Under the pieces are notes generated by a model, which had not been told where the DNA came from, did no database searches, and saw nothing but the letters and a program-made list of their open reading frames with translations. This document shows positions 37,787 to 46,575 of a stretch of DNA of 60,979 bases, piece by piece. Every line of letters starts with the position of its first letter. Position 1 is the first letter of the stretch. Source of the DNA: a virus (taxonomy: Duplodnaviria; Caudoviricetes); IMG/VR virus record IMGVR_UViG_3300023174_000178, positions 1 to 60,979 of that record. The stretch is one strand, 5' to 3'. A program made the position numbers and the translations under genes.

Positions 37787-39681
37787 TGAGTATCGGTGGT
37801 GGTTCAAAGTTTACATTAGAGAAAACGTGGCGTGGAGCTGGAACTGGAACGACCAAGTTTAACAGTCCAGGAAACATCGCGATTCCTTATGGCAGAAACA
37901 GCGTTCTTGTTTCTGGTCGAGGTGGCACAGGAACTGCACTCGTTCCTGGCCCCGGAACTGGAACATTTAATATCGTTGCCGGTAATGCCACTGGAACTTA
38001 TAACGTAATTCCTGGCAATGCCACTGGAACTTTCAACATCGTTCCTGGTAATGCGACTGGTACATTCAACATCGTACCAGGAAATATTGCCAACTACAAC
38101 ATTATTTTCCCAGGAACTGGCACGTTTAATATCTTAAATCCTGGAACCGGCGTGTATAACATCATTCCTGGCCCAGGAACTGGTACTTTTAATATCGTTC
38201 CAGGAAATTCGACTGGTACTTTTAATATCGTTCCAGGAAATGCAACCGGTACGTTTAATAAAGTTCCAGGTACTGGTTCAACTTTTAACATCGTCCCAGG
38301 AACAGGAACTGGCACGTTTAACATCGTTGCTGGAACAGGAACAGGTACTTTCAACATCGTACCAGGAAATATTGCCAACTACAACATTATTTTCCCAGGA
38401 ACCGGCACGTTTAACAAAGTTCCAGGTAATATTTCTGGCTATAACATTATTTTCCCAGGAACTGGCACGTTTAACATTGTTGCTGGAACAGGAACAGGTA
38501 CGTTTAACAAAGTTCCTGGTCCAGTAGCCAATTACAACATCGTTCCAGGAAATTCCACTGGTACGTTTAACGTCGTTCCAGGTAACGTGTCAGGTTATAA
38601 CATCGTTCCAGGTAACGTGTCAGGTTATAACGTAAATCCAGGCAACGTGGTAGGATATAACGTCGTTCCAGGAAATGCGACCGGTACTTATAACGTAGTT
38701 CCAGGCATACCGGGCAATAAAGCTACAAATGCATTTATCAGTCCAAAATTTGGATATACACCGGCTTTTTATAATGCTCCTGGTCCTCCATCTCCAGGTC
38801 CGCAAAACTTTAATGCGCCTTCGAATGGCCCTGCAAACTATAACTCTCCTTCAAACGGGCCAGCAAACTTTAATGCAGCGAGCAATGGTCCTGCAAACTT
38901 TAACGCTGCTTCAAATGGGCCAGCAAACTTTAACCCTGCTACCAATGGTCCTGCAAACTTCAATGCACCGACTAATGGCCCCCAAAACTTTAACCCTGCA
39001 ACCAATGGTCCTCAGAACTTCAACGTAGCGAATGGTCCTGCAAACTTCAATGCACCCACTAACGGGCCTCAGAACTTCAACGTAGCCAATGGTCCTGCTA
39101 ACTACAATGCTCCGACTGGAGGTCCTCAAAACTTTAACGCGCCGACAAATGGTCCTCAGAATTTTAACCCTGCAACGAATGGCCCGCAAAACTTCAACCC
39201 TGCAACGAATGGTCCTCAGAATTTTAACCCTGCAACCAACGGTCCTGCAAACTTTAATCCAGCGACAAATGGCCCACAAAACTTCAACGCGCCTACCAAT
39301 GGCCCGCAAAACTTTAACGTAGCCAATGGTCCACAAAACTTTAACGTAGCAAATGGCCCTGCAAACTACAACGCGCCAACCAATGGGCCTCAGAATTTCA
39401 ATCCTGCGACTAACGGACCGCAGAATTTCAACCCAGCGACAAACGGTCCACAGAACTTTAATCCAGCAACAAATGGTCCACAAAACTTTAATACGCCAAC
39501 TCCAGCTGTTCCAGGAAATCCATCGAATGCTCTAGGCATTACTTTCCCAGGATCAAATGCCGGAGGTACACCTGCTCCTGTAATAAATAGTCAGACGGCA
39601 AGCTACTATTCTTATCCGGATGGTCAATCACATTCGGTAACTGTAGCTCCTGGAGGATATATAGATATTACTATTGAATAA
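37786..39681 (+). CDS. Gly/Pro/Asn-rich protein: glycine-rich adhesin-like frame with a mirror-symmetric 24+24 repeat insert
   Basis: ATG overlaps the upstream stop (TAATG). Termini FNSPGNIAIPYGRNSVLVSGRGG ... PGNPSNALG..FPG..AGG ... GGYIDITIE resemble glycine-rich fibre tip domains; the middle is (GTFNIVPGNAT)-type x24 then (NGPQNFNPAT)-type x24. Confidence 0.85.
   Translation: MSIGGGSKFTLEKTWRGAGTGTTKFNSPGNIAIPYGRNSVLVSGRGGTGTALVPGPGTGTFNIVAGNATGTYNVIPGNATGTFNIVPGNATGTFNIVPGNIANYNIIFPGTGTFNILNPGTGVYNIIPGPGTGTFNIVPGNSTGTFNIVPGNATGTFNKVPGTGSTFNIVPGTGTGTFNIVAGTGTGTFNIVPGNIANYNIIFPGTGTFNKVPGNISGYNIIFPGTGTFNIVAGTGTGTFNKVPGPVANYNIVPGNSTGTFNVVPGNVSGYNIVPGNVSGYNVNPGNVVGYNVVPGNATGTYNVVPGIPGNKATNAFISPKFGYTPAFYNAPGPPSPGPQNFNAPSNGPANYNSPSNGPANFNAASNGPANFNAASNGPANFNPATNGPANFNAPTNGPQNFNPATNGPQNFNVANGPANFNAPTNGPQNFNVANGPANYNAPTGGPQNFNAPTNGPQNFNPATNGPQNFNPATNGPQNFNPATNGPANFNPATNGPQNFNAPTNGPQNFNVANGPQNFNVANGPANYNAPTNGPQNFNPATNGPQNFNPATNGPQNFNPATNGPQNFNTPTPAVPGNPSNALGITFPGSNAGGTPAPVINSQTASYYSYPDGQSHSVTVAPGGYIDITIE
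37960..38706 (+). repeat. Outgoing arm: 24 units of 10-11 aa, consensus GT(F/Y)NIVPGNAT
   Basis: Counted from the translation; includes an exact 53 bp DNA duplication at 38065 and 38350. Confidence 0.92.
38797..39501 (+). repeat. Return arm: 24 units of 9-10 aa, consensus NGP(Q/A)N(F/Y)NPAT
   Basis: Counted from the translation; four short NGPQNFNVA units. Confidence 0.92.
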
Positions 39682-39686
39682 GTGAT

Positions 39687-39714
39687 TTGACAAGGATTTA
39701 CTATGCCATATAAT
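39687..39714 (+). promoter_or_regulatory. Consensus sigma70-type promoter
   Basis: TTGACA (39687-39692), 16 nt spacer, TATAAT (39709-39714); straddles the ATG at 39703. Confidence 0.45.
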
Positions 39715-40296
39715 ATCCCTAAGTATGGGAAACAATTGAACTGCTTTGCTGTATGGACAGGAGGATTTACTCCTGAAGAAGTCGATAAAATCATCGACCT
39801 CGAAAAACTTCAAGAGTTTGAAAAAGGTAAAGTCGGGCTAGAGAAGAATGCTCCGGCCCCAGTCGAAACGCGTGATTCAGATATCTCATGGATCCATCAT
39901 GATCAACACAGCGACTGGTTATTTCAGAGAATGTCTGGAATTATATCAGTAGTCAACTACGACAACTTTATGTATGACATTGAAGGTGTCGAGGCGTTTC
40001 AATATACCAAATATGGACCAAACCAACATTATACTTGGCACTGGGATGTCGAGTTCGGTTGGCAGAAATATATAAGAAAGATATCTGCATCTCTACTTCT
40101 TTCAGATCCTTCTGAATATGAAGGTGGAGAATTAGAGATCGTAAATACTGGAAATTTTGAAAGCAAAGTCTCATTTAAACCGAATAAAGGTGACATCGTA
40201 TTTTTCGCTTCGTGGATGCCGCATCGCGTGGCACCAGTCACTTCTGGTTTTCGTAGAAGTCTTGTAGCATGGGTAATGGGTGAAAGAGAATGTTAA
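39703..40296 (+). CDS. 2OG-Fe(II) oxygenase, prolyl-4-hydroxylase/PKHD-like
   Basis: HWD (HxD), RKIS...LLSDPSEYEGGEL, HRVAPVTSG.RRSLVAW (distal H and RxS). Confidence 0.92.
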   Translation: MPYNIPKYGKQLNCFAVWTGGFTPEEVDKIIDLEKLQEFEKGKVGLEKNAPAPVETRDSDISWIHHDQHSDWLFQRMSGIISVVNYDNFMYDIEGVEAFQYTKYGPNQHYTWHWDVEFGWQKYIRKISASLLLSDPSEYEGGELEIVNTGNFESKVSFKPNKGDIVFFASWMPHRVAPVTSGFRRSLVAWVMGEREC

Positions 40297-41027
40297 GTTG
40301 GAATCCTTTTAAGAAGAAACCTATCATTGAGTTTTATTGCCATCGTGATGACGTAGCCAGTTTACCACACCCAAAACCTGCAGCTAAACATATACCCGAG
40401 TGGTATAAGAGAATTCCTCCGCTCATTACAGATGGGCGAGATGATCGTGACTGGACTGGATCACATAGTTTCACTGCAAAAAAATGTATGCCAATGATCG
40501 ATGCTATGTCGTTGGGTTATGTTATTCCTCTTATCGGCGACTTGACAGTTAGATCAAATCATGACTGCAGTACGATTGAAGTCACGTCTTCTCCACAAAT
40601 CAACGTATGCGAGTTTCATGACATTCGACAATTGGGAGAAAGAAATGCGCCAGGTTTTCCTGCGCCTCCTTTAAAGTTTGTCAATCCATGGATCGTAAAA
40701 ACAGCTCCAGGTTGGTCGACTCTTTTTATAGCTCCGATTAATAACTTTGAAAGTCATTTCACATGTCTGTCAGGATTAGTCGATACTGATACATATCCAA
40801 AAGAAGTCAATTTTCCTGCAATATGGCATACACCAAATGCTGATGTGCTTTTGCTAGCAGGAACTCCTTTGGTAATTGCAATTCCAATTAAGCGTGATGC
40901 CGTTCCATCAAAACCTACTATCAGGAACATGAAAGATGACGAGCAACGCCTGGTTAATATCATAACGAAGATGCAAAACACACGTAGAAGTGTATATACG
41001 AAAGAACTGAGAGTGCCAAGAAAATGA
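40290..41027 (+). CDS. Conserved hypothetical protein, paralog A (DUF6065-like)
   Basis: IPEWYK...KKCMP..DAM..GY.IP, KF.NPW..KT.PGWS.LF..P, G.VDTD, NFP, GTPL...IP; family often seen next to phage oxygenases. Confidence 0.7.
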   Translation: MLSWNPFKKKPIIEFYCHRDDVASLPHPKPAAKHIPEWYKRIPPLITDGRDDRDWTGSHSFTAKKCMPMIDAMSLGYVIPLIGDLTVRSNHDCSTIEVTSSPQINVCEFHDIRQLGERNAPGFPAPPLKFVNPWIVKTAPGWSTLFIAPINNFESHFTCLSGLVDTDTYPKEVNFPAIWHTPNADVLLLAGTPLVIAIPIKRDAVPSKPTIRNMKDDEQRLVNIITKMQNTRRSVYTKELRVPRK

Positions 41028-41764
41028 AAGAGATGTTTTCTTTTTTGAAACCAAAGAAAGATATTCAATTCGTAGACACGAAGAAGTTGTCTTATCATAA
41101 CTTTTCTGTTGAACGAGCCGTCGATGTTCCAACAAATACTCGTAAAGTCCAACAAGACAAGTATGGTAAGCATCTCATGCCATACTGCCCGGGAATTTTA
41201 GACTATGCTCAGTTTGGATATATCATTCCTGCATGGGTAGATATTCATATCATGGCAAATAAAGCTGGCACTTCATGGTATCTCGGAGATAAGGGCTCAA
41301 GAGGAGATCGTGGATTTGATAATGGGGTCCCAATGGAAGAAAAGTTTGTAGATGGTGCTTTTACACCAGTTGGAATTAATCCTGCTGCCATTCTATTTCC
41401 ATCTCCTTGGAAAATTTTTACTCAAAAAAATATCAGCGCGCTGCTAATGCCGGCGTTCTATCACTCTACCTTTCTTGATGATCTATACGTGACTCCAGGT
41501 TTGGTAGATTATAAAAACTTTCATGTCACCAACTTTATTTGCATGCCAAAAAGAGAATGTAATGTTCACATCAAAGCCGGAGAACCTTTAATACATGTAA
41601 TTCCTTTCCTCAACAAGGATATTACTGCTTCTGTTGGTCCTGCTACTGATGAGATGATAGATAAAACTACAAATCTCATTCCTGGTGACGATAAGCAATA
41701 CTATCGAAAGTTTATGGGAGTGAAAAAGAAATTTAATATGCAAAAAGAAGAGATTAAACAATGA
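41024..41764 (+). CDS. Conserved hypothetical protein, paralog B (DUF6065-like)
   Basis: CPGILDY...GYIIPAW.D, SPW, PGLVD, GEPLIHVIP aligning with the upstream paralog. Confidence 0.7.
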   Translation: MKEMFSFLKPKKDIQFVDTKKLSYHNFSVERAVDVPTNTRKVQQDKYGKHLMPYCPGILDYAQFGYIIPAWVDIHIMANKAGTSWYLGDKGSRGDRGFDNGVPMEEKFVDGAFTPVGINPAAILFPSPWKIFTQKNISALLMPAFYHSTFLDDLYVTPGLVDYKNFHVTNFICMPKRECNVHIKAGEPLIHVIPFLNKDITASVGPATDEMIDKTTNLIPGDDKQYYRKFMGVKKKFNMQKEEIKQ

Positions 41765-42783
41765 ATATTTTTGTTTCAGTATGCTCGTACCAAGATCCTT
41801 TACTTCCTCATACCATTAAGAGTATGATGCAAACCAAATCAAATAGAAACAACGTAGTCTATTCGATTTTTGAACAAACTCGTTATGAAGATTCATTGGC
41901 ATGTACAGAACCAGTGCTCGTAAGTCGAGATGATGTCATCTATAAAAGAATCGATCCAGAATATTCTGACGGATGTGTTTGGGCAAGATATATTAATATG
42001 CTAAACTTGACAACAGAGTATGACTTCATCTATCAAGTCGACTCTCATATGTTACACGATCTCAATTGGGATCGTTCTCTAGTTGAAGATTATAAGAGAG
42101 CGATGGATATTGCTGGAACAAATAAAGTTATCATTACTGGATCATGCAAATCATTTTCAATCGAAGAAGTAGATGGAGAGATTAAAACTTATCCTCGACA
42201 TGATGAACATGATGCTTGCAAAGTAAAATACTATACTATCGATCCTCATAATTTTATTCCAGATGTTCATGGAGATCAGATTCCATCAACTGACATGCCG
42301 CAACCGGCGTTTCATATTATGGCTGGAAACTTTTTTACGCATACTGACTGGATCGATGAAGTCGGTTTAGATCCAAAGATCTTCTTCCGCGGAGAAGAAA
42401 TCATGATGACGATGATGTCATATGCTGCTGGATATAAGATGTTTCATCATAGTAAGATAGTATCATATCATCTTGAGAACACCGGAAATTGGCATACGAA
42501 GACTCCTCCCGAAGATGCGAAGGCAGCTCGAAGAAGAGAAATACTTGCTGAAATTGGAGTGTGGAGATGGAAGCAATATCTCGAAGCATGCAGAGAAGAT
42601 CTTCTTGTTCAGTTTCATGAAGAATTTGGAATTGACTTTATTAATCTCGTCATCGAAGATCGCGCCCGAACTTATAGTCTTGATGCGATTCCTGGTAAAG
42701 TTGATGTCCTTGCCATTTCGAAGAAACAAAAGAAGAAAGTCAAGTTGCCTAAAACTCTTTTTATGAGTGAAGATGAAGAATGA
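41761..42783 (+). CDS. Glycosyltransferase resembling Skp1-hydroxyproline GlcNAc transferase (GT60/Gnt1-like)
   Basis: IFVSVCSYQDP...TI, GCVWAR, QVDSH....NWD, AGNFF, DP.IFF.GEE, GY..FH....YH. Confidence 0.82.
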   Translation: MNIFVSVCSYQDPLLPHTIKSMMQTKSNRNNVVYSIFEQTRYEDSLACTEPVLVSRDDVIYKRIDPEYSDGCVWARYINMLNLTTEYDFIYQVDSHMLHDLNWDRSLVEDYKRAMDIAGTNKVIITGSCKSFSIEEVDGEIKTYPRHDEHDACKVKYYTIDPHNFIPDVHGDQIPSTDMPQPAFHIMAGNFFTHTDWIDEVGLDPKIFFRGEEIMMTMMSYAAGYKMFHHSKIVSYHLENTGNWHTKTPPEDAKAARRREILAEIGVWRWKQYLEACREDLLVQFHEEFGIDFINLVIEDRARTYSLDAIPGKVDVLAISKKQKKKVKLPKTLFMSEDEE

Positions 42784-43313
42784 TAGTATGTTCTCTCCCA
42801 CGTTGCGGAGCCACGAAGTTTTGTCTTGATCTTCAAGAAAAAATAGGTATGCCGTTTGTTGGAGAGTTACATCCTATTCATATTGGGAATACACGTAAAG
42901 CAGATGCGCACGAAACTCACCATCAAGAGAACTTTACTCCGGAAAGATTTGCCGATCTTCTAAGTTATAATAAAGATAATATCATTCTTATCAATCAACA
43001 TTCATATCTTAAGATTAATCAGGCGTCGTTCGTAGTGCTACGAAAGAATATGAGAGATGCATACCTAAGCTTTGCAAACTTTTTATTAAAAATGTATCCT
43101 GAATTAAAACCTAATGCTATTAAACATCAAGTCGACTTAATGCATAATGATTATTTGGCGATAAGAGCTTACTTAGATAAATACCCTAGAGAAATAGTTT
43201 GGTACGAAGAATACTTCGAAGTATCAGGGACCAGAACTCCTCTCTTGGATGCATATCCAGGAAAAGAAGCCATCATAAAACAAATAGACGGGTATCATGG
43301 GACACACATTTGA
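42780..43313 (+). CDS. Short sulfotransferase-like protein
   Basis: N-terminal SLPRCGAT (5'-PSB-like loop), GEL, VLRKN.RDAYLS (3'-PB-like), WYEE. Confidence 0.55.
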   Translation: MIVCSLPRCGATKFCLDLQEKIGMPFVGELHPIHIGNTRKADAHETHHQENFTPERFADLLSYNKDNIILINQHSYLKINQASFVVLRKNMRDAYLSFANFLLKMYPELKPNAIKHQVDLMHNDYLAIRAYLDKYPREIVWYEEYFEVSGTRTPLLDAYPGKEAIIKQIDGYHGTHI

Positions 43314-44028
43314 TAGAAGATATGTTCTTACATTCGTGCAGCTTACATGCCCGATTATTGCAGCGTGGGCAATATACACCTATGCCACTCTTCCGTGGCT
43401 GATTGCTGCAGTTGCTATGTTCTTCTTAATGAGAACTGTTGGCGGGGTCATCACGTATCATCGGATTCATAGCCATCGCACTCATACCATGAATCCTATT
43501 ATGGAATTCATAGGCACTGCTCTCGGTTTTTATGGATCCTTTACTTCGCCTGTCGAGTTTTGCGCTACACATAATAATCACCACAAATATGTAGACTCTC
43601 ACAAGGATCCTCATCCTCATACAATTATCGGATGGAGAACGTTGTTTCCTTTATTGTGGAACGAGAGCGGAATTAAAGATGGAGACATTCGCACCGTTGT
43701 TCGTCTTCGTAAGAATAAGATCACTAATCTGTTCTACGAACACTTCTGGTTAATGCTAACACTTCCATTCCTTCTATTACTTGTTTCAGTTCAAGCATAC
43801 TTCTTCTTGTACTTCATACCTTTCACATTTTCTATTTGGTCGGCGGCATTCTCTACGTTTAATCACGATGAGAATGGGCCGAAGAACATGGGATTTTGGT
43901 ATGGGATCATGAGTGGAGGAGAACATTGGCATAAGTGGCATCATGATCATCCTTACGATACGAGCGGAGAAGGATGGCTAAATACTGTAGCAGATTTTAT
44001 AGCCACAAAGAGAGTTGTTAAGAGATGA
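43297..44028 (+). CDS. Membrane-bound fatty acid desaturase-like di-iron enzyme
   Basis: Three His boxes HRIHSH, HNNHH (then D...DPH) and GEHWHKWHH, with hydrophobic helices between them. Confidence 0.88.
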   Translation: MGHTFDRRYVLTFVQLTCPIIAAWAIYTYATLPWLIAAVAMFFLMRTVGGVITYHRIHSHRTHTMNPIMEFIGTALGFYGSFTSPVEFCATHNNHHKYVDSHKDPHPHTIIGWRTLFPLLWNESGIKDGDIRTVVRLRKNKITNLFYEHFWLMLTLPFLLLLVSVQAYFFLYFIPFTFSIWSAAFSTFNHDENGPKNMGFWYGIMSGGEHWHKWHHDHPYDTSGEGWLNTVADFIATKRVVKR

Positions 44029-44573
44029 ATATCAATCATGTAATAATTCATAGTCTAGATGAAGTCGATTTTGACGGCATCTATGATGGTAGTTTAGATT
44101 CTATCGAAAAGAACTGGCCAACAAATAATAGTCTTCAAGGAACAGAAATAAAAAATCGCGTCAGAGATATAATTCAAAGTGCACTTGATAATGAATGGCC
44201 CGGATTAAATCCACGTACGCCGCATGATGCGCATATTTTATTTAAGCACGTTGATTTAGATACAGGAATTGACATGGGACTGGTGAGTGCCTATATTACT
44301 TCAGATGGAACCTTAGACGGCAGACATTCTTTTTCTCGAGCCACCTCAGATGGTTCTCGTAATTATTTGTATTTGGCAGAAACTGTCGAAAATCGTAATC
44401 AATTTTATAGAGATATCGGTATAACAAAAATAAAATACAACCTTCCAAAAGATTCCCATTTATACAAATTTTTAAAGTACAAGGCAGGATCTGGGAATTA
44501 TGAAATCCTCGAAGATTTTGAAAATCCTGAAATGGCCGGTTTTAGAATAGTAATTACCGCCCCAGCTTTATGA
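44025..44573 (+). CDS. Hypothetical protein
   Basis: 182 aa, coupled by ATGA overlaps on both sides; no family recognised. Confidence 0.7.
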   Translation: MNINHVIIHSLDEVDFDGIYDGSLDSIEKNWPTNNSLQGTEIKNRVRDIIQSALDNEWPGLNPRTPHDAHILFKHVDLDTGIDMGLVSAYITSDGTLDGRHSFSRATSDGSRNYLYLAETVENRNQFYRDIGITKIKYNLPKDSHLYKFLKYKAGSGNYEILEDFENPEMAGFRIVITAPAL

Positions 44574-45274
44574 AGTTTCTATTAAATGTGGGTGCCGAGA
44601 AAGCTGGCACCTCTTGGCTATATCATTATTTTCGAAACCATCCAGAATTCTATGATATGGGAAAAGAACTGAATATCATTCAGAGAGATGATTTGGTTCC
44701 TATCCTAGAGGATGTAGACGAATATAGAAAAGACGTAGAGTCTTTCTTTCGAGCAGTTTCAAATGTAAATCAGGTAACAGGCGACTTCACACACTATGAA
44801 GGCTCGAGCGAGAACGTCTTTCGACTCATAAAGAACGGCTTACTGAAGCACGATATCGAAGTAGTGCCGGTCTATATTATGAGAGATCCTATCCAAAGAG
44901 CGTGGTCTGCTTGGAATTGTCTAGGAGGAGGTAAGATTTTAGCTAAATCTCCCGCTTCACAGTTTGTGATGACTAATTTTATGTCATGCAAATACAGAGA
45001 AACGATAGAAGCTTTAGATAGTGTTTTCCCAAATCCTTTGTATTTCTTCTATGAGGATTTTTTTACTCAAGACAATATCAATAAGATATGCGATGAGTTA
45101 CAGATTTCTCATCATCCGGCAAAATGCGAAACTAGAATCAACGCTTCTTCTTATAAGAAAATGTCAAGCATCTTCTTAAAAACTTTTGGCAAATCTCAGA
45201 AGAATAAAACAGCCGCTAAATATATTTTTGAAAGATTTGAAAATGTACCATGGAAACTCGAGGATTATTCGTAG
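44570..45274 (+). CDS. Sulfotransferase family protein
   Basis: NVGAEKAGTSWLY.Y...HP (5'-PSB), KE, GDFT..Y, IMRDPIQRAWS (3'-PB), FYED. Confidence 0.85.
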   Translation: MKFLLNVGAEKAGTSWLYHYFRNHPEFYDMGKELNIIQRDDLVPILEDVDEYRKDVESFFRAVSNVNQVTGDFTHYEGSSENVFRLIKNGLLKHDIEVVPVYIMRDPIQRAWSAWNCLGGGKILAKSPASQFVMTNFMSCKYRETIEALDSVFPNPLYFFYEDFFTQDNINKICDELQISHHPAKCETRINASSYKKMSSIFLKTFGKSQKNKTAAKYIFERFENVPWKLEDYS

Positions 45275-45836
45275 ATCTACTCTTGACGAAGATCTTCGCC
45301 TAAGATTGCTTGAAGGTTTAAAAAGCCCAGTACACATGCACTACTTCCATCGTAACGAGGCTACAAACGCGACAGATGAAGCTGTACTCGAGTTTCTCGA
45401 CAGAGAACAGTTTAACTGCAATAAAACCCATATCGAATATTGGTATCAATCTCAAGAAGGTTCTGGAGATTTATGGCCTCATGTGGATTTTAATGAGAAA
45501 CTTCGAGATAGAATTAATGCTGGGGAAAAACTAAAACCAGAAGAACTGATGTCTCCAATTACCATCGCGTGTTATTTAGAGGTAACCGACCTTGAAGGTG
45601 GAGAATTCTGTATCTCTGAAAGAAGTTGGCTCGACTATAAAAAAGAACAAAGTCTTCCGGAAGGTTTAAAAGAAGAGTTGCTCAAATATACTCACGAGTC
45701 TTTTCAGCCTTTCGAAGGCGCAGTCTTATACTTCGAAGGCAGCAGATATTACCATTGGATCAACGAGGTCAAGCGAGGATCTCGTAAGAGCATACTGATC
45801 AATTTCTGGGACGATTGCAGCCTTAAGTCCACTTAG
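45243..45836 (+). CDS. 2OG-Fe(II) oxygenase
   Basis: WPHVD (HxD), CYL....LEGGEF, YYHWINEV..G.R.SILINFW; ATG at 45243 preferred over TTG at 45186. Confidence 0.8.
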   Translation: MYHGNSRIIRRSTLDEDLRLRLLEGLKSPVHMHYFHRNEATNATDEAVLEFLDREQFNCNKTHIEYWYQSQEGSGDLWPHVDFNEKLRDRINAGEKLKPEELMSPITIACYLEVTDLEGGEFCISERSWLDYKKEQSLPEGLKEELLKYTHESFQPFEGAVLYFEGSRYYHWINEVKRGSRKSILINFWDDCSLKST

Positions 45837-46575
45837 TTCCATGTTTTGAGCTATATTTCGTTTCAGGATCGTATGCAGCAAAGTCTTCGTAGCGAGGATC
45901 TCCTGGTTCAGCTCTCTTGCCGATGCTGTATTCGCCGATATGATTGACGATGTTATAGCCTTCTTCAGTCTTTAGCTTGCATGTCTGCATACCAAGTTGC
46001 TGCAATGATTTTGCTACAACATACTCGCTTAAGTTCTTTTCGCCTACTGATTCGGCATGAGGAAGATCTACTATGGCACGCGGAAAAACACTTGCCAAAC
46101 TCCAAAAATATGCTTCAGAAAGCTCGCCACGGTATTTTCCGAGTGTAATGTCTGTTTCATAAGCCTGTGTTTCCTCTTCAAAGTCATACCATTTCTGTCG
46201 TGTCAAACATACTTGAGAAACGTTACGATAGTCATGAAGAATCTGAGTCATGTCGAGCATTCGAATAGGACAGTTGAACGTCACATCATCTTCAGATAGG
46301 TATACGTAATCATAATCTCGTTCTCTCAGTAGTTCGAAGGTTCGATTCCATACATATGGCAAACCCATATTCTGTTGATGTAGGAAGATCTCAGTAAATC
46401 CAAAATTCTTGGCCAACTCGAACATCGTGCCGTCATGCCGACCTTTTGGCATGTCATCGATAAAGATGCCTTCGACTTGACATCCACTCATGTCTAACAT
46501 ATCTCGCTGAGATTTCAGTGTTGGAATCAAATACTCAAGACGATTCGTCGACCATATGATCTTACAAACTTTCAT
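45823..46575 (-). CDS. GT-A fold (GT2-like) glycosyltransferase
   Basis: R.EYL..TL.S, IFIDD, N.G, YVYLSEDD (DxD-like), HIG. Confidence 0.75.
   Translation of the reverse strand: MKVCKIIWSTNRLEYLIPTLKSQRDMLDMSGCQVEGIFIDDMPKGRHDGTMFELAKNFGFTEIFLHQQNMGLPYVWNRTFELLRERDYDYVYLSEDDVTFNCPIRMLDMTQILHDYRNVSQVCLTRQKWYDFEEETQAYETDITLGKYRGELSEAYFWSLASVFPRAIVDLPHAESVGEKNLSEYVVAKSLQQLGMQTCKLKTEEGYNIVNHIGEYSIGKRAEPGDPRYEDFAAYDPETKYSSKHGTKWT

Noticed and set aside
37960-39501. Possible CRISPR array or DNA inverted repeat
   Set aside because: Repeats are in-frame, vary at synonymous positions and have no unique spacers; the mirror symmetry is at the level of peptide units, not reverse-complement DNA
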